Shown here in pieces: positions 48,660 to 56,872 of a DNA stretch of 64,000 bases (its first letter is position 1; each line of letters starts with the position of its first letter). The notes beneath the pieces were generated by a model. It did not search any database, had not been told where the DNA came from, and saw only the letters and a program-made list of their open reading frames with translations. The DNA comes from an uncultured virus (IMG/VR IMGVR_UViG_2061766007_003336) (taxonomy: Duplodnaviria; Heunggongvirae; Uroviricota; Caudoviricetes), in the IMG/VR virus record IMGVR_UViG_2061766007_003336. One strand, 5' to 3'. A program made the position numbers and the translations under genes.

Positions 48660-49034
48660 CTATCTGCAGCAGTCGGGTATGGTGGGGACTTTGTTGTGTG
48701 TCCACCATTCACTGCCGTCGTATTCGGCTCTGGTCCACCATGAGCCGTTATTCATAAAAACAACACCGAACAGTTCCTGTCCGCCGTATCCGTCGTCGTA
48801 TTCGAAATCCAGGGCGCTCAGAAACGTATTAAGATCGTTTTCGGTGTAACCTTCCATAAGGACCGCTATCGGACGTTTGTACTTAGGGTTATCCAGCGCT
48901 GCATTTACCGCTTTACTGTTGACTTTCCCCTTTCCGTCGACAAAACCGTGTTCATCGTGAGGGTCATACGCAACGACCGCACACTTGATGTTCTTTGTTC
49001 CGATTTTGCTGATAAATTCTTTTTTTGCGTTCAT
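48660..49034 (-). CDS. conserved phage hypothetical protein
   Basis: YDDGYGGQEL...GSWWTRAEYDGSEWW, a motif I recognise from phage proteins of unknown function. Confidence 0.75.
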   Translation of the reverse strand: MNAKKEFISKIGTKNIKCAVVAYDPHDEHGFVDGKGKVNSKAVNAALDNPKYKRPIAVLMEGYTENDLNTFLSALDFEYDDGYGGQELFGVVFMNNGSWWTRAEYDGSEWWTHNKVPTIPDCCR

Positions 49035-49486
49035 CTGTCTCCTCCTGTTACAGCAAACGGTGCCACCTCAGCCAGAGGAAGCAGTCGTCTGCAGCTGTTA
49101 ATTGTTTTCCATGTATCTGCCACGTTGTCTATGATCAGACAAGGACAGGACAGAGGCCTGACGCAATAGATGCCGGCCTCTGTGAACTTCCCTTCTTTTT
49201 TCAGAATATATGCCTGCTCCCTTGGCATACAGCGCAGAACATCGGCTATCGTACAGCCCGTCAGTCTGCGGATCTCTTCAGCTACAGCAAGCATATAGGT
49301 TGCCTTGCCGGTATGCTGCGGAACAGGAACAACAACTGTATCCTGTGACACTACACCCGAGCCGGCATACCATCTGCTGAGTGCGAGTACGGCGTCACGG
49401 CTTCCTGCTTTCACGGCGTGGCACAAGTATCTTACATTACTGTAGGGATTAGGTATCAGTGCTTTTGTCACCTGCTTCACCTCCAA
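49031..49486 (-). CDS. ComF-like phosphoribosyltransferase-fold protein
   Basis: VVVPVPQH and PRPP-loop-like LIIDNVADTWKT. Confidence 0.7.
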   Translation of the reverse strand: MEVKQVTKALIPNPYSNVRYLCHAVKAGSRDAVLALSRWYAGSGVVSQDTVVVPVPQHTGKATYMLAVAEEIRRLTGCTIADVLRCMPREQAYILKKEGKFTEAGIYCVRPLSCPCLIIDNVADTWKTINSCRRLLPLAEVAPFAVTGGDR

Positions 49487-50039
49487 GGGTACGGATTACG
49501 GTTTTTACGTATTCGTTGAATTCGTGTTCGAACCTGTCGAATCTGTCCAGCAGCTGACCGACCGCCCTTGAGACACGCTCCGAGGAAGCTATGCTTGGAA
49601 AACTGACCTTTTCGTAATCAGCTACTTCTCTTACTGTATCGTCGGCAGAGATGCCGATTCGTGAGGTGCCTGGTCCGTGTATATCTATCGTCCCGTTTTC
49701 GAAGATGCAGATTTCCGCCCTGCTGTCATTGTTGACCCTGCTGACCAGAGCCATATCGTCAAGGTAGCGGTGTTCAAACCCTATTCCGTGCTTTCCGTTG
49801 ACCTCGAATTCATATTCAGGGTAAGCAGTTACCGGGTAATAATGCGTGAACCTGAACCACAGCGACAGACGCTTACCGTGATGCAGTCCGCGTCTATGGA
49901 GTTCGTTGGCCATTCCGACAAGCACCGTGGCCCTCGGCAGCAGCGCTTTGACTCTTTCGAGCTCAGCGACAGCAGCTTCGTTATATTCGTTTTGCCGCTT
50001 ATCGCAGACATTTTTCAGCTGTTGGTTTAAATCGTTCAT
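49449..50039 (-). CDS. hypothetical protein (paralog of 9833-10429)
   Basis: GGAGG SD before MNDLNQ; shared motifs. Confidence 0.75.
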   Translation of the reverse strand: MNDLNQQLKNVCDKRQNEYNEAAVAELERVKALLPRATVLVGMANELHRRGLHHGKRLSLWFRFTHYYPVTAYPEYEFEVNGKHGIGFEHRYLDDMALVSRVNNDSRAEICIFENGTIDIHGPGTSRIGISADDTVREVADYEKVSFPSIASSERVSRAVGQLLDRFDRFEHEFNEYVKTVIRTLGGEAGDKSTDT

Positions 50040-50452
50040 TTTCCCCCTCCGTATTTGTCTGCAGTGTTTTTGACAGTCATGTCTAGCTGGTTCCATATGT
50101 CGTTAGCCTGCTTGAGAATAGCGTCAGCCGCATTCTGCAAGACCGGATCGTCTGTTTCCCTGGCGGACTGCCATGCGATTTTAAGCTGGGCCAGTACGAC
50201 AGCAGTGCCCTGGATAGTCTCAGCCAGTTTGCGGCGTTCATCAATATCAGCTTCAGCCCACCATTTTACAGGTTCGCATACATCTAATGCCATTGCTGTC
50301 AGATGCCTGGCGATCGACGAGGTGACGATTTGAAAGCCGCGCCCGCGGACGACACTTACGCAAGGAAAGCCGTTTTCCAGGTACAAATACAAAATAGTGG
50401 ATGATTCGTCGCCGTCACCGGCTATCAGGTACGTTTTATATGAGTTTCTCAT
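50036..50452 (-). CDS. hypothetical protein (paralog of 23041-23592)
   Basis: AGGAGG SD before MRNSYK. Confidence 0.75.
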   Translation of the reverse strand: MRNSYKTYLIAGDGDESSTILYLYLENGFPCVSVVRGRGFQIVTSSIARHLTAMALDVCEPVKWWAEADIDERRKLAETIQGTAVVLAQLKIAWQSARETDDPVLQNAADAILKQANDIWNQLDMTVKNTADKYGGGK

Positions 50453-51287
50453 TCTGGCCTCCTTCCAGCAGCTTGTCTGCCAAAGCATTAAGATGATGCA
50501 GAAGTACATCTGCAGTAGTAAGAACACGGTTGTTTTCCGGCAGCGCCGGGATCTTAAGGTATTTTTTGAGTTTGATCAGATCTGCAGCGTACTGTTCTGC
50601 CGTCGGTTTATGCCAAGTGTCGGGCAGGTTATCAGGTTCGATCTGCACACTGTTCCATACAAAGGCGTACTGATCTTTAGTCTCAGGATCCCTGACTACA
50701 AGTCTGTTTACCGTGCTCCATCTTCCGAGTGCGCGGGAAAACTGAGTATAGTCTTCTTTGTTGATCCAGTGTCCGCCGAGATGAGCCCAGATCCAGGTCA
50801 CAGCCGGCATGACTTTGTAAAGATGACTGAACATGGTAAGTTCAAGATCTTCCAGGTGTCCCGGTGCCGTCTGCCGGTTGTCAGATACAAACAGGTCAAG
50901 TATTTCCCTCAGCAGTGACTCGCACTGCGTCTGAAACCCGCAGGGACCGTCGTCATCCGTGCGGTAAAACTGGCATCCGGTATCAACTATGTTTTCTGCC
51001 CCGTTTTTGGAAATCCAGCCGAACATCTGTTCTTTTGTCACTTTTTCAGGAGCCTCAGCTGCCAGAAGATCTCTGAACTCGCCGTCAAATTCCCCGGAGT
51101 CAAGGGCCTGCGTGAGATTTTCATAGCCCTTACTGCCTGGTTCTATCATGCAGGAGACGACATCCAGAATCTCGCTGCTGCAGGCACCTGCGCGGTTCAG
51201 CAGGTAGAAATCTACAGGGTATTGTCTGCAGAGTTTAGCCAGCTGCTTCAGTGCTTTCTTTGTAAGTGTAATCTTTTTCAGTTTCAT
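50436..51287 (-). CDS. hypothetical protein, YPVDFYLL family
   Basis: AGGAGGT SD; LCRQYPVDFYLL. Confidence 0.8.
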   Translation of the reverse strand: MKLKKITLTKKALKQLAKLCRQYPVDFYLLNRAGACSSEILDVVSCMIEPGSKGYENLTQALDSGEFDGEFRDLLAAEAPEKVTKEQMFGWISKNGAENIVDTGCQFYRTDDDGPCGFQTQCESLLREILDLFVSDNRQTAPGHLEDLELTMFSHLYKVMPAVTWIWAHLGGHWINKEDYTQFSRALGRWSTVNRLVVRDPETKDQYAFVWNSVQIEPDNLPDTWHKPTAEQYAADLIKLKKYLKIPALPENNRVLTTADVLLHHLNALADKLLEGGQNEKLI

Positions 51288-51337
51288 TTTACCTCCTTAA
51301 AAATAACCATTGCAAGGGGGCTTACGCCCCCGTGCCG

Positions 51338-51874
51338 TCAGTTACCTTCGAGCTGCTTTTTCCGCTGTATGGCGGCATTCAGTTCTGCCGTCAGCTCGTC
51401 AATATTTTCCTGCTCGTAGCGTATCAGGTCAGCTTTCTGCCGTTTTGCCACCCGCTCTGCGGCTTTTTTGTCAGTACCGTCACAGATTTTTTTAGCCTGA
51501 GCCCAGACCGTATCAGCGATTTTCCGTGCGAGTTTGCGCAGCATCTGGCAGTCCTCGTTCGTAATGCCGTATGATCCGTAGTGTGCACAGACATCCTGAA
51601 GGTCGTCGATCCGCACTGTTCCACCATAAAGAGTACCTGCCAGATCCAGCTGCTGTTTCTGATTGAGACCGGCAAAGATACTGTATTCTTCTCCCGGCAT
51701 AGGGAAGACCGATTCAGGCGAGATGTCTTCGATGGCGTTGAGATCGATGACATCGTGCGGTCTGCCTGTTGTGTTAAGAGCACAGTTGAAGAGCTCTATG
51801 CCTGTGCCGTGTTTTTCGAGATAAAGCGGTTTACCGGCTCTGACTCCAAGAATAATTCTTTCAACCTCAGCCAT
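51338..51874 (-). CDS. hypothetical protein (paralog of 48125-48646)
   Basis: AGGAGG SD before MAEVER. Confidence 0.75.
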   Translation of the reverse strand: MAEVERIILGVRAGKPLYLEKHGTGIELFNCALNTTGRPHDVIDLNAIEDISPESVFPMPGEEYSIFAGLNQKQQLDLAGTLYGGTVRIDDLQDVCAHYGSYGITNEDCQMLRKLARKIADTVWAQAKKICDGTDKKAAERVAKRQKADLIRYEQENIDELTAELNAAIQRKKQLEGN

Positions 51875-53021
51875 GAACCCCTCCTTCCAGAGATTTACGG
51901 AATTCCTCTTCAAGAACGAGCGCAGCCCCTCTGTAAATCAGGACCCAGCTCCTGATGCTGTCTTCACCCCATGGATCTTCGGTATCGAAGCCGTCGGCAA
52001 CAATATACTGGTGACCCTCGCTCCACTTCAGCAGATCATCGCGGTCAGCCGCCCTGTCGCCTGATGCCGTTCTGAGCATGACTAACGGGTCGAATTTCAG
52101 TTTGTAAGGCCCGCTGCCGCATCTGGCTTCGCTGATGTATTCCTGAAGGACGTGGGTAATAGCACCGTTGAGACTAAACTCCTCGAGGTAATTCTCGATC
52201 ACCCTTATTGTATCGATCTTATCGTAGTTATAATGGGAGTTAAAGTCATCAAATCCTTTGAGCAGGAGTCTCGTCTTTGCAGCGTTTTCCCGGCCGATCG
52301 CCATAAGCTGTTCAAGAGCTTTGAGCTGAAGTTCGGTGTCCTCTTTCTCTTCCTCAAGTTCTCTGTCAGGAAGACCGAGCAGGCCCCCGATAACCTCGAT
52401 AAGCTTGGGCTCGATATGCTTAAGGATTTTCTCAAGCTCTTGCCAGCCCTTAACTTTTTTCTGCTTAGCAAGTTCAAGAAGCAGGGTAAGGTAACGTGAC
52501 TGCTGCCCGAGACAGATTTCCTGAGTATCCCAAACGGAATCCGCGTAAGCCTTAACTTCTTCGTCACTGGGTTCAAATTGATATTTATCAGGCATGTTAT
52601 TGAACCTGCTGTACTCTATTACTTCGCCGTATGCCGCAGCAGCTTTACGCATGCCGATCCAACTCTCAAGTGTAACCGGAACAGGTATCCCCTCGCCGGG
52701 CAGCCACCTGCTGATCCTGAGCGTATCTGCTTCAAAGTCCCTGCAGCAGCAGACCGGTTTCACATCAAGTTCAGCTGTAACATCGCTCAGTCCGAAGTGC
52801 AGGATGAGCACTGTTCTCAATTCCGGTGATACAAGGTCCCCGAGGAACAGAGCTTTATGGGATCTTTCTTCTCCGTAGAGCTTTCTGAGTTCATAACCGG
52901 CGTGATACATTCCTGTACCTTTTTTTCTCAAACCTCCTGTTATCATGTCTGCTAATATCGGAAAAGCCTCGGGATAAGCTAAAATTTTCTTGGTTTCAGG
53001 TGTTGTTACTGCAATAGTCAT
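51867..53021 (-). CDS. hypothetical protein, 384 aa
   Basis: AGGAG SD; coupled to neighbours. Confidence 0.8.
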   Translation of the reverse strand: MTIAVTTPETKKILAYPEAFPILADMITGGLRKKGTGMYHAGYELRKLYGEERSHKALFLGDLVSPELRTVLILHFGLSDVTAELDVKPVCCCRDFEADTLRISRWLPGEGIPVPVTLESWIGMRKAAAAYGEVIEYSRFNNMPDKYQFEPSDEEVKAYADSVWDTQEICLGQQSRYLTLLLELAKQKKVKGWQELEKILKHIEPKLIEVIGGLLGLPDRELEEEKEDTELQLKALEQLMAIGRENAAKTRLLLKGFDDFNSHYNYDKIDTIRVIENYLEEFSLNGAITHVLQEYISEARCGSGPYKLKFDPLVMLRTASGDRAADRDDLLKWSEGHQYIVADGFDTEDPWGEDSIRSWVLIYRGAALVLEEEFRKSLEGGVHG

Positions 53022-53317
53022 TGTATGTTCTCCTTTGTTTGGTTAATGATATCTATCCACTGGATTGTAAGCGGACGTCCGTCACACGCACACGCTGTGT
53101 CCATACCGAGTGCCATAAACACAGCAGGGTTTGCTGCAGCGTCCGGCATTGCCGAAAGACACCTGTGCACTGCAAGCAGTTTGAGGGACAGGGGTATTTC
53201 GTCGTTGATTATCTTCTGCAGCACGCTTAGCTGCTCAGGATTCACATCTGCAAGCAGCTTTTTCAGTTGTTTTTCTGCTGCTTGCGTAAGCGGTATTTTG
53301 TTTGAATGGTCAATCAT
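53018..53317 (-). CDS. hypothetical protein
   Basis: AGGAGG SD; IPLTQAAEKQL resembles ITLTKKALKQL of 50436-51287. Confidence 0.7.
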   Translation of the reverse strand: MIDHSNKIPLTQAAEKQLKKLLADVNPEQLSVLQKIINDEIPLSLKLLAVHRCLSAMPDAAANPAVFMALGMDTACACDGRPLTIQWIDIINQTKENIQ

Positions 53318-53795
53318 CGTTTCCTCCTATAAGTTCCAGATAACTAGTTAAAACCCACTGGACGGCGGTATCAACCATGAGTTGCACCCCGTTATGATCA
53401 GGGTCCCCGTCTTTGTCTTTGTCCAGATTTCTAATCTGGTCAAGGATATCCTCGCCGTTATTATCCCATTTTCTGAGCCACGCCGCCATTTCCCTGTCCG
53501 AGATGTGACTTTTGGTGTACAGCTCCAGCTGACGCCTCCAGAAATATTCTTTGTAGTCAGAATACGGATAATATCCGTTTTTGGCTTTAAGAAGCAGCTC
53601 CGCAAGCTCCTTGATCTCAGGGTTCGCCCAGGGTGACATGCAGTCTGTTACGAACATAACAACGTCGAGTATCTGCTGCTCATTAGCATAGCCCTTAAGC
53701 AGCAGGTAGAAATCCACCGGGAATTTCTCGCACAACGCCCTCAGCTGTTGTGCGGCCTTGTCTACAGTTGCCGGAAACGGATATCCTTCAGTCAT
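53310..53795 (-). CDS. hypothetical protein, FPVDFYLL family
   Basis: LCEKFPVDFYLL. Confidence 0.75.
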   Translation of the reverse strand: MTEGYPFPATVDKAAQQLRALCEKFPVDFYLLLKGYANEQQILDVVMFVTDCMSPWANPEIKELAELLLKAKNGYYPYSDYKEYFWRRQLELYTKSHISDREMAAWLRKWDNNGEDILDQIRNLDKDKDGDPDHNGVQLMVDTAVQWVLTSYLELIGGNDD

Positions 53796-54237
53796 TTTTC
53801 CCCTCCGTTGTTAACAAAGTTAAAAATCCTATTGTGGCCAGAAGCTTGCCGTAGTCGTAACTGTTAAGCGACAGCTTCGTGTCTCCCAGCGTGCTTAACA
53901 GTTCCAGAATCCATACCCACTGATCCGGGCGGAGCGGGTTGTTCCGGTCAGTCACCCAGTTTATCAGATCCTGTCTGGACGGGGCTTTATACTGTCTCAG
54001 CAGCTCACTGGCAAAATCATTACAGAAGTCGCCTTCGTATGCAGCTTCCAGAAGATCCCAGTCTTCAGGATCGAAGACAGTAAGGTTGGCACTGTTGTCA
54101 ATCTGGTCGAGAAGCTTAAACACTTCCTGGTTTTTGACACCGGACCTGGCTATTACTGCTGCCGTAACAGGGTGGTGTTCCCACAAAACAGCTGCCATTC
54201 TCTGTTCAGCCGCCTTGATTCTATCTTCTTTACTCAT
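53788..54237 (-). CDS. hypothetical protein (distant PVD-family member)
   Basis: LWEHHPVT...LLEAAYEGDF aligns loosely with 50436-51287 and 53310-53795. Confidence 0.75.
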   Translation of the reverse strand: MSKEDRIKAAEQRMAAVLWEHHPVTAAVIARSGVKNQEVFKLLDQIDNSANLTVFDPEDWDLLEAAYEGDFCNDFASELLRQYKAPSRQDLINWVTDRNNPLRPDQWVWILELLSTLGDTKLSLNSYDYGKLLATIGFLTLLTTEGKND

Positions 54238-54986
54238 TATTTTTTTACCTCCTCTTTTAACTCTTTTAAACTTTGTTCGACTTCGGCGAGCTCTTCTTTA
54301 TCTTTCGTACCCGGATTCGGCAGGTGTCTCAGGTACGTTCTGCGAAGCTCCAGAATATGTCTGATGAACTTTCTATCGTCTTCTTCGGCAAGGAGTTTTT
54401 CATCACCGGTTTTGTGTTTGATGAAGTTGAGCTCCTTGGCATCCCAGTAACCAAGACCTCTCCACGCCAGTTTCTGGTGCAAAGCCTGTTCCCTGATCCG
54501 AAGCGCTTCAGCGACCGACACTGCATTATTATCCAACGTGGCATAGGCATCTTTGATACGCTTGACTTCTTCGTCGAGGAGCGCTTCAAGAGCTGCAACC
54601 GCCTTTTTCTCACCTTCATTTTGTTCCTGGATCAGATCAAGGCAGTTAAGAGCTTCAATCAGCTGCTTTGCATGCTGGACACTTTGCTCGATCCGTTGTG
54701 TATAGCAGTTGGTGCCGCTTCCTTCGAATGCAAGAAGCCCGATAACATCGGCAGCGGTGAGTTCTGTGTCAGGGTTTAGGTGAAACGGCAGCACCCATTC
54801 CCTGCCGTTGTAGAACGTGTTAACAGGCCACGTATGGGTTCCTGGTCCTGGATCATCCGGAATATACATATCTATCGATCTGTCCTGTATCCTGAGAAAG
54901 ACTTCGGAGACAGGAGATCTGTCGGAATTTCCGTGAATAGCCAACCAGTCCAGCCACCAGCCGACTTTCAGTAAAAGTCTTTCCAT
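54237..54986 (-). CDS. hypothetical protein with coiled coil
   Basis: AGGAGG SD; 249 aa. Confidence 0.8.
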   Translation of the reverse strand: MERLLLKVGWWLDWLAIHGNSDRSPVSEVFLRIQDRSIDMYIPDDPGPGTHTWPVNTFYNGREWVLPFHLNPDTELTAADVIGLLAFEGSGTNCYTQRIEQSVQHAKQLIEALNCLDLIQEQNEGEKKAVAALEALLDEEVKRIKDAYATLDNNAVSVAEALRIREQALHQKLAWRGLGYWDAKELNFIKHKTGDEKLLAEEDDRKFIRHILELRRTYLRHLPNPGTKDKEELAEVEQSLKELKEEVKK

Positions 54987-54988
54987 CT

Positions 54989-55606
54989 TTACCCCTCCTT
55001 TTTGAACCAGCGGGCTTCAACCCAGTCGGATTCGATAACGGTTCTGGTCTCAGGATCAAGCTTGAACGGAAGATCCCATCCCGCGGCATCATAGGCCGCG
55101 ATTAAATCGTCTAAACATTCGAATGTCCTGAAACGGCCGTCAGGACAGAAGCCGTAGTACTCGATCGTTTCGGAATGTCCTGAAAATGTGACCTGGACCC
55201 AGCCTTCAGTGAACTGAATAACAGCATCGGTCCAGCCTCCGACCCTGCCAGCGCCACCCCAGGCGCCTGTACCGGTAGCGATGTGCTGCACGGCACTGTT
55301 TTGGAGAATCCGGACGTAGCCTGACTGCTGACGGTTGTATCCGCCGTTGGAAGTCAGCAGTGCACAGACACCCCGATGCTGGGAGTCAGGCACAATCCTC
55401 GGACGGTTTGATTTGGTGAAGCCGATCCCGTAATTCTGAAGCCGTTCGTGTGCCGGCGAACTTTCCGGGTATTTTGTCGGTACAGGGAGAAATGTCTCGT
55501 AGCGGCCTCTGCCCCTCTCCCCAAGGGCAATACCGCGGATGACGATGTCGTCGGAAAGCCTTCGACTTTCGACGTTGAAGCATTTGTTCTGATACAGCAC
55601 TACCAT
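54989..55606 (-). CDS. hypothetical protein
   Basis: AGGAGG SD; Gly-rich IATGTGAWGGAGRVGGW motif. Confidence 0.8.
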   Translation of the reverse strand: MVVLYQNKCFNVESRRLSDDIVIRGIALGERGRGRYETFLPVPTKYPESSPAHERLQNYGIGFTKSNRPRIVPDSQHRGVCALLTSNGGYNRQQSGYVRILQNSAVQHIATGTGAWGGAGRVGGWTDAVIQFTEGWVQVTFSGHSETIEYYGFCPDGRFRTFECLDDLIAAYDAAGWDLPFKLDPETRTVIESDWVEARWFKKEG

Positions 55607-55620
55607 CTTTTTTCCTCCTT

Positions 55621-55959
55621 TTAATTTTCTGGTGTTTGTTCTTCTGGAGCCTGACCGTAACTCTGGTTGAGTCGGTTGCGGGCCATTTCACGTTCGTCAA
55701 GATAGGCGAAAAACGCTCCTTGCCGGATTGCCTTGCCAATGTTGGTCTGATTCTCGTCTTCAAGTTCTTCAGCAGTGAGATAGTGTTCGCTGTCATCGAT
55801 CAGATTGAAGACGTAGAATTTGTTGTCGTCCGCCCTGTTGATGAACTTGCTGCTCCGGCAGCCGTAGTTTAGCTTGACGGTGTAATCGTAACACCCTTGA
55901 TCAACAAGCTCCTCAAGTTGCTTGACGGATGTTACTTTTACCCATTTCGGTTCCTCCAT
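55621..55959 (-). CDS. conserved phage hypothetical protein
   Basis: AGGAG SD; LNYGCRSSK...FNLIDDSE...TNIGKAI. Confidence 0.75.
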   Translation of the reverse strand: MEEPKWVKVTSVKQLEELVDQGCYDYTVKLNYGCRSSKFINRADDNKFYVFNLIDDSEHYLTAEELEDENQTNIGKAIRQGAFFAYLDEREMARNRLNQSYGQAPEEQTPEN

Positions 55960-56002
55960 GTCTGTCTCCTTCTTACTCTGTTAATAAAGCAGGCGAAATG
56001 CC

Positions 56003-56019
56003 TTTCACTTACTTATAAC
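56003..56019 (-). promoter_or_regulatory. putative phage-specific promoter motif
   Basis: GTTATAAGTAAGTGAAA on minus strand, just after a terminator. Confidence 0.45.
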
Positions 56020-56033
56020 GTTTTCAGGAAGCC

Positions 56034-56064
56034 AAAAAAAGCACGGTCCGGCGTGCACCGGACC
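56034..56064 (-). terminator. intrinsic terminator
   Basis: GGTCCGG-CGTGCA-CCGGACC with A7 on the left. Confidence 0.7.
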
Positions 56065-56073
56065 CCGCAGTTC

Positions 56074-56502
56074 TCATCGGATAACTTCTCCCGCTTTTGT
56101 AAGGAGAAAGATATCCGTGAACGCCTTATCATAGCTGATTGTCTTTTTACGGACAGCCAGACTTGTTTTAGCGCTCTCAAGGCCTGAGAAGAACTCCATT
56201 TGCTGGAACCCTACCAGACCAAGGTCATGCTCCACGAGCCTGCAGCATGACTCCTGAAGCTCATACCACCTGTATGGTCTGACTTCAGTGTATATGACCG
56301 CCGCAAGCAGGTTACGCTTTTTGAAGCCTTTGACCTGCTCACGGAAGATTTTTCTCCGGAAGTTGACCGGCTGGTTCACCAGATCTTCCGGAACGAGGTA
56401 GTCCGCCTCTACCCCGAATGTCAGCTGACCGCCCTCGGTCGCGTTTCCTGTTCGCTTGCCAACAGGCGTAAACCGGCGCGGCCGGTAGTGTTTTACTGCC
56501 AT
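56074..56502 (-). CDS. basic hypothetical protein
   Basis: 142 aa ORF followed by terminator. Confidence 0.65.
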   Translation of the reverse strand: MAVKHYRPRRFTPVGKRTGNATEGGQLTFGVEADYLVPEDLVNQPVNFRRKIFREQVKGFKKRNLLAAVIYTEVRPYRWYELQESCCRLVEHDLGLVGFQQMEFFSGLESAKTSLAVRKKTISYDKAFTDIFLLTKAGEVIR

Positions 56503-56720
56503 GGTCCGCCGCCTATTCTTGACGGCTTGCTGAGCTCGGATGGCTTTCCGAGCTCCGATTTACCGAGTTCAGACGGTTCACTCAGCTTTGACGGTGAGCC
56601 GAACTTTGACGGGGCACAGAGTGAGCCCGGTTCCGCGCTCTGATCAAATTTGACGGTGGAATCGCCACCATCAAAAAGTGCATTTACGGCATCAACAATG
56701 ATTTCTAAGATTTTTAACAT
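56493..56720 (-). CDS. small protein with PSKL/PSEL short repeats
   Basis: AGGAGG SD; PSKFGSPSKLSEPSELGKSELGKPSELSKPS. Confidence 0.65.
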   Translation of the reverse strand: MLKILEIIVDAVNALFDGGDSTVKFDQSAEPGSLCAPSKFGSPSKLSEPSELGKSELGKPSELSKPSRIGGGPWQ

Positions 56721-56782
56721 AGTCTCCTCCTAAATAGTTAATAAACCCTTCATAAACTTTTGACAAATTCTGCTCCACAGTT

Positions 56783-56810
56783 TTGACTCTTATTATAAAG
56801 TTGCTACAAT
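56783..56810 (+). promoter_or_regulatory. sigma70-like promoter
   Basis: TTGACT-N16-TACAAT upstream of 56873. Confidence 0.55.
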
Positions 56811-56872
56811 ACCCGGAAAGGTATCTCCGCGCACATGCGCAGGGCAATCTTTTTGATTTGGAGGCTTTTATA

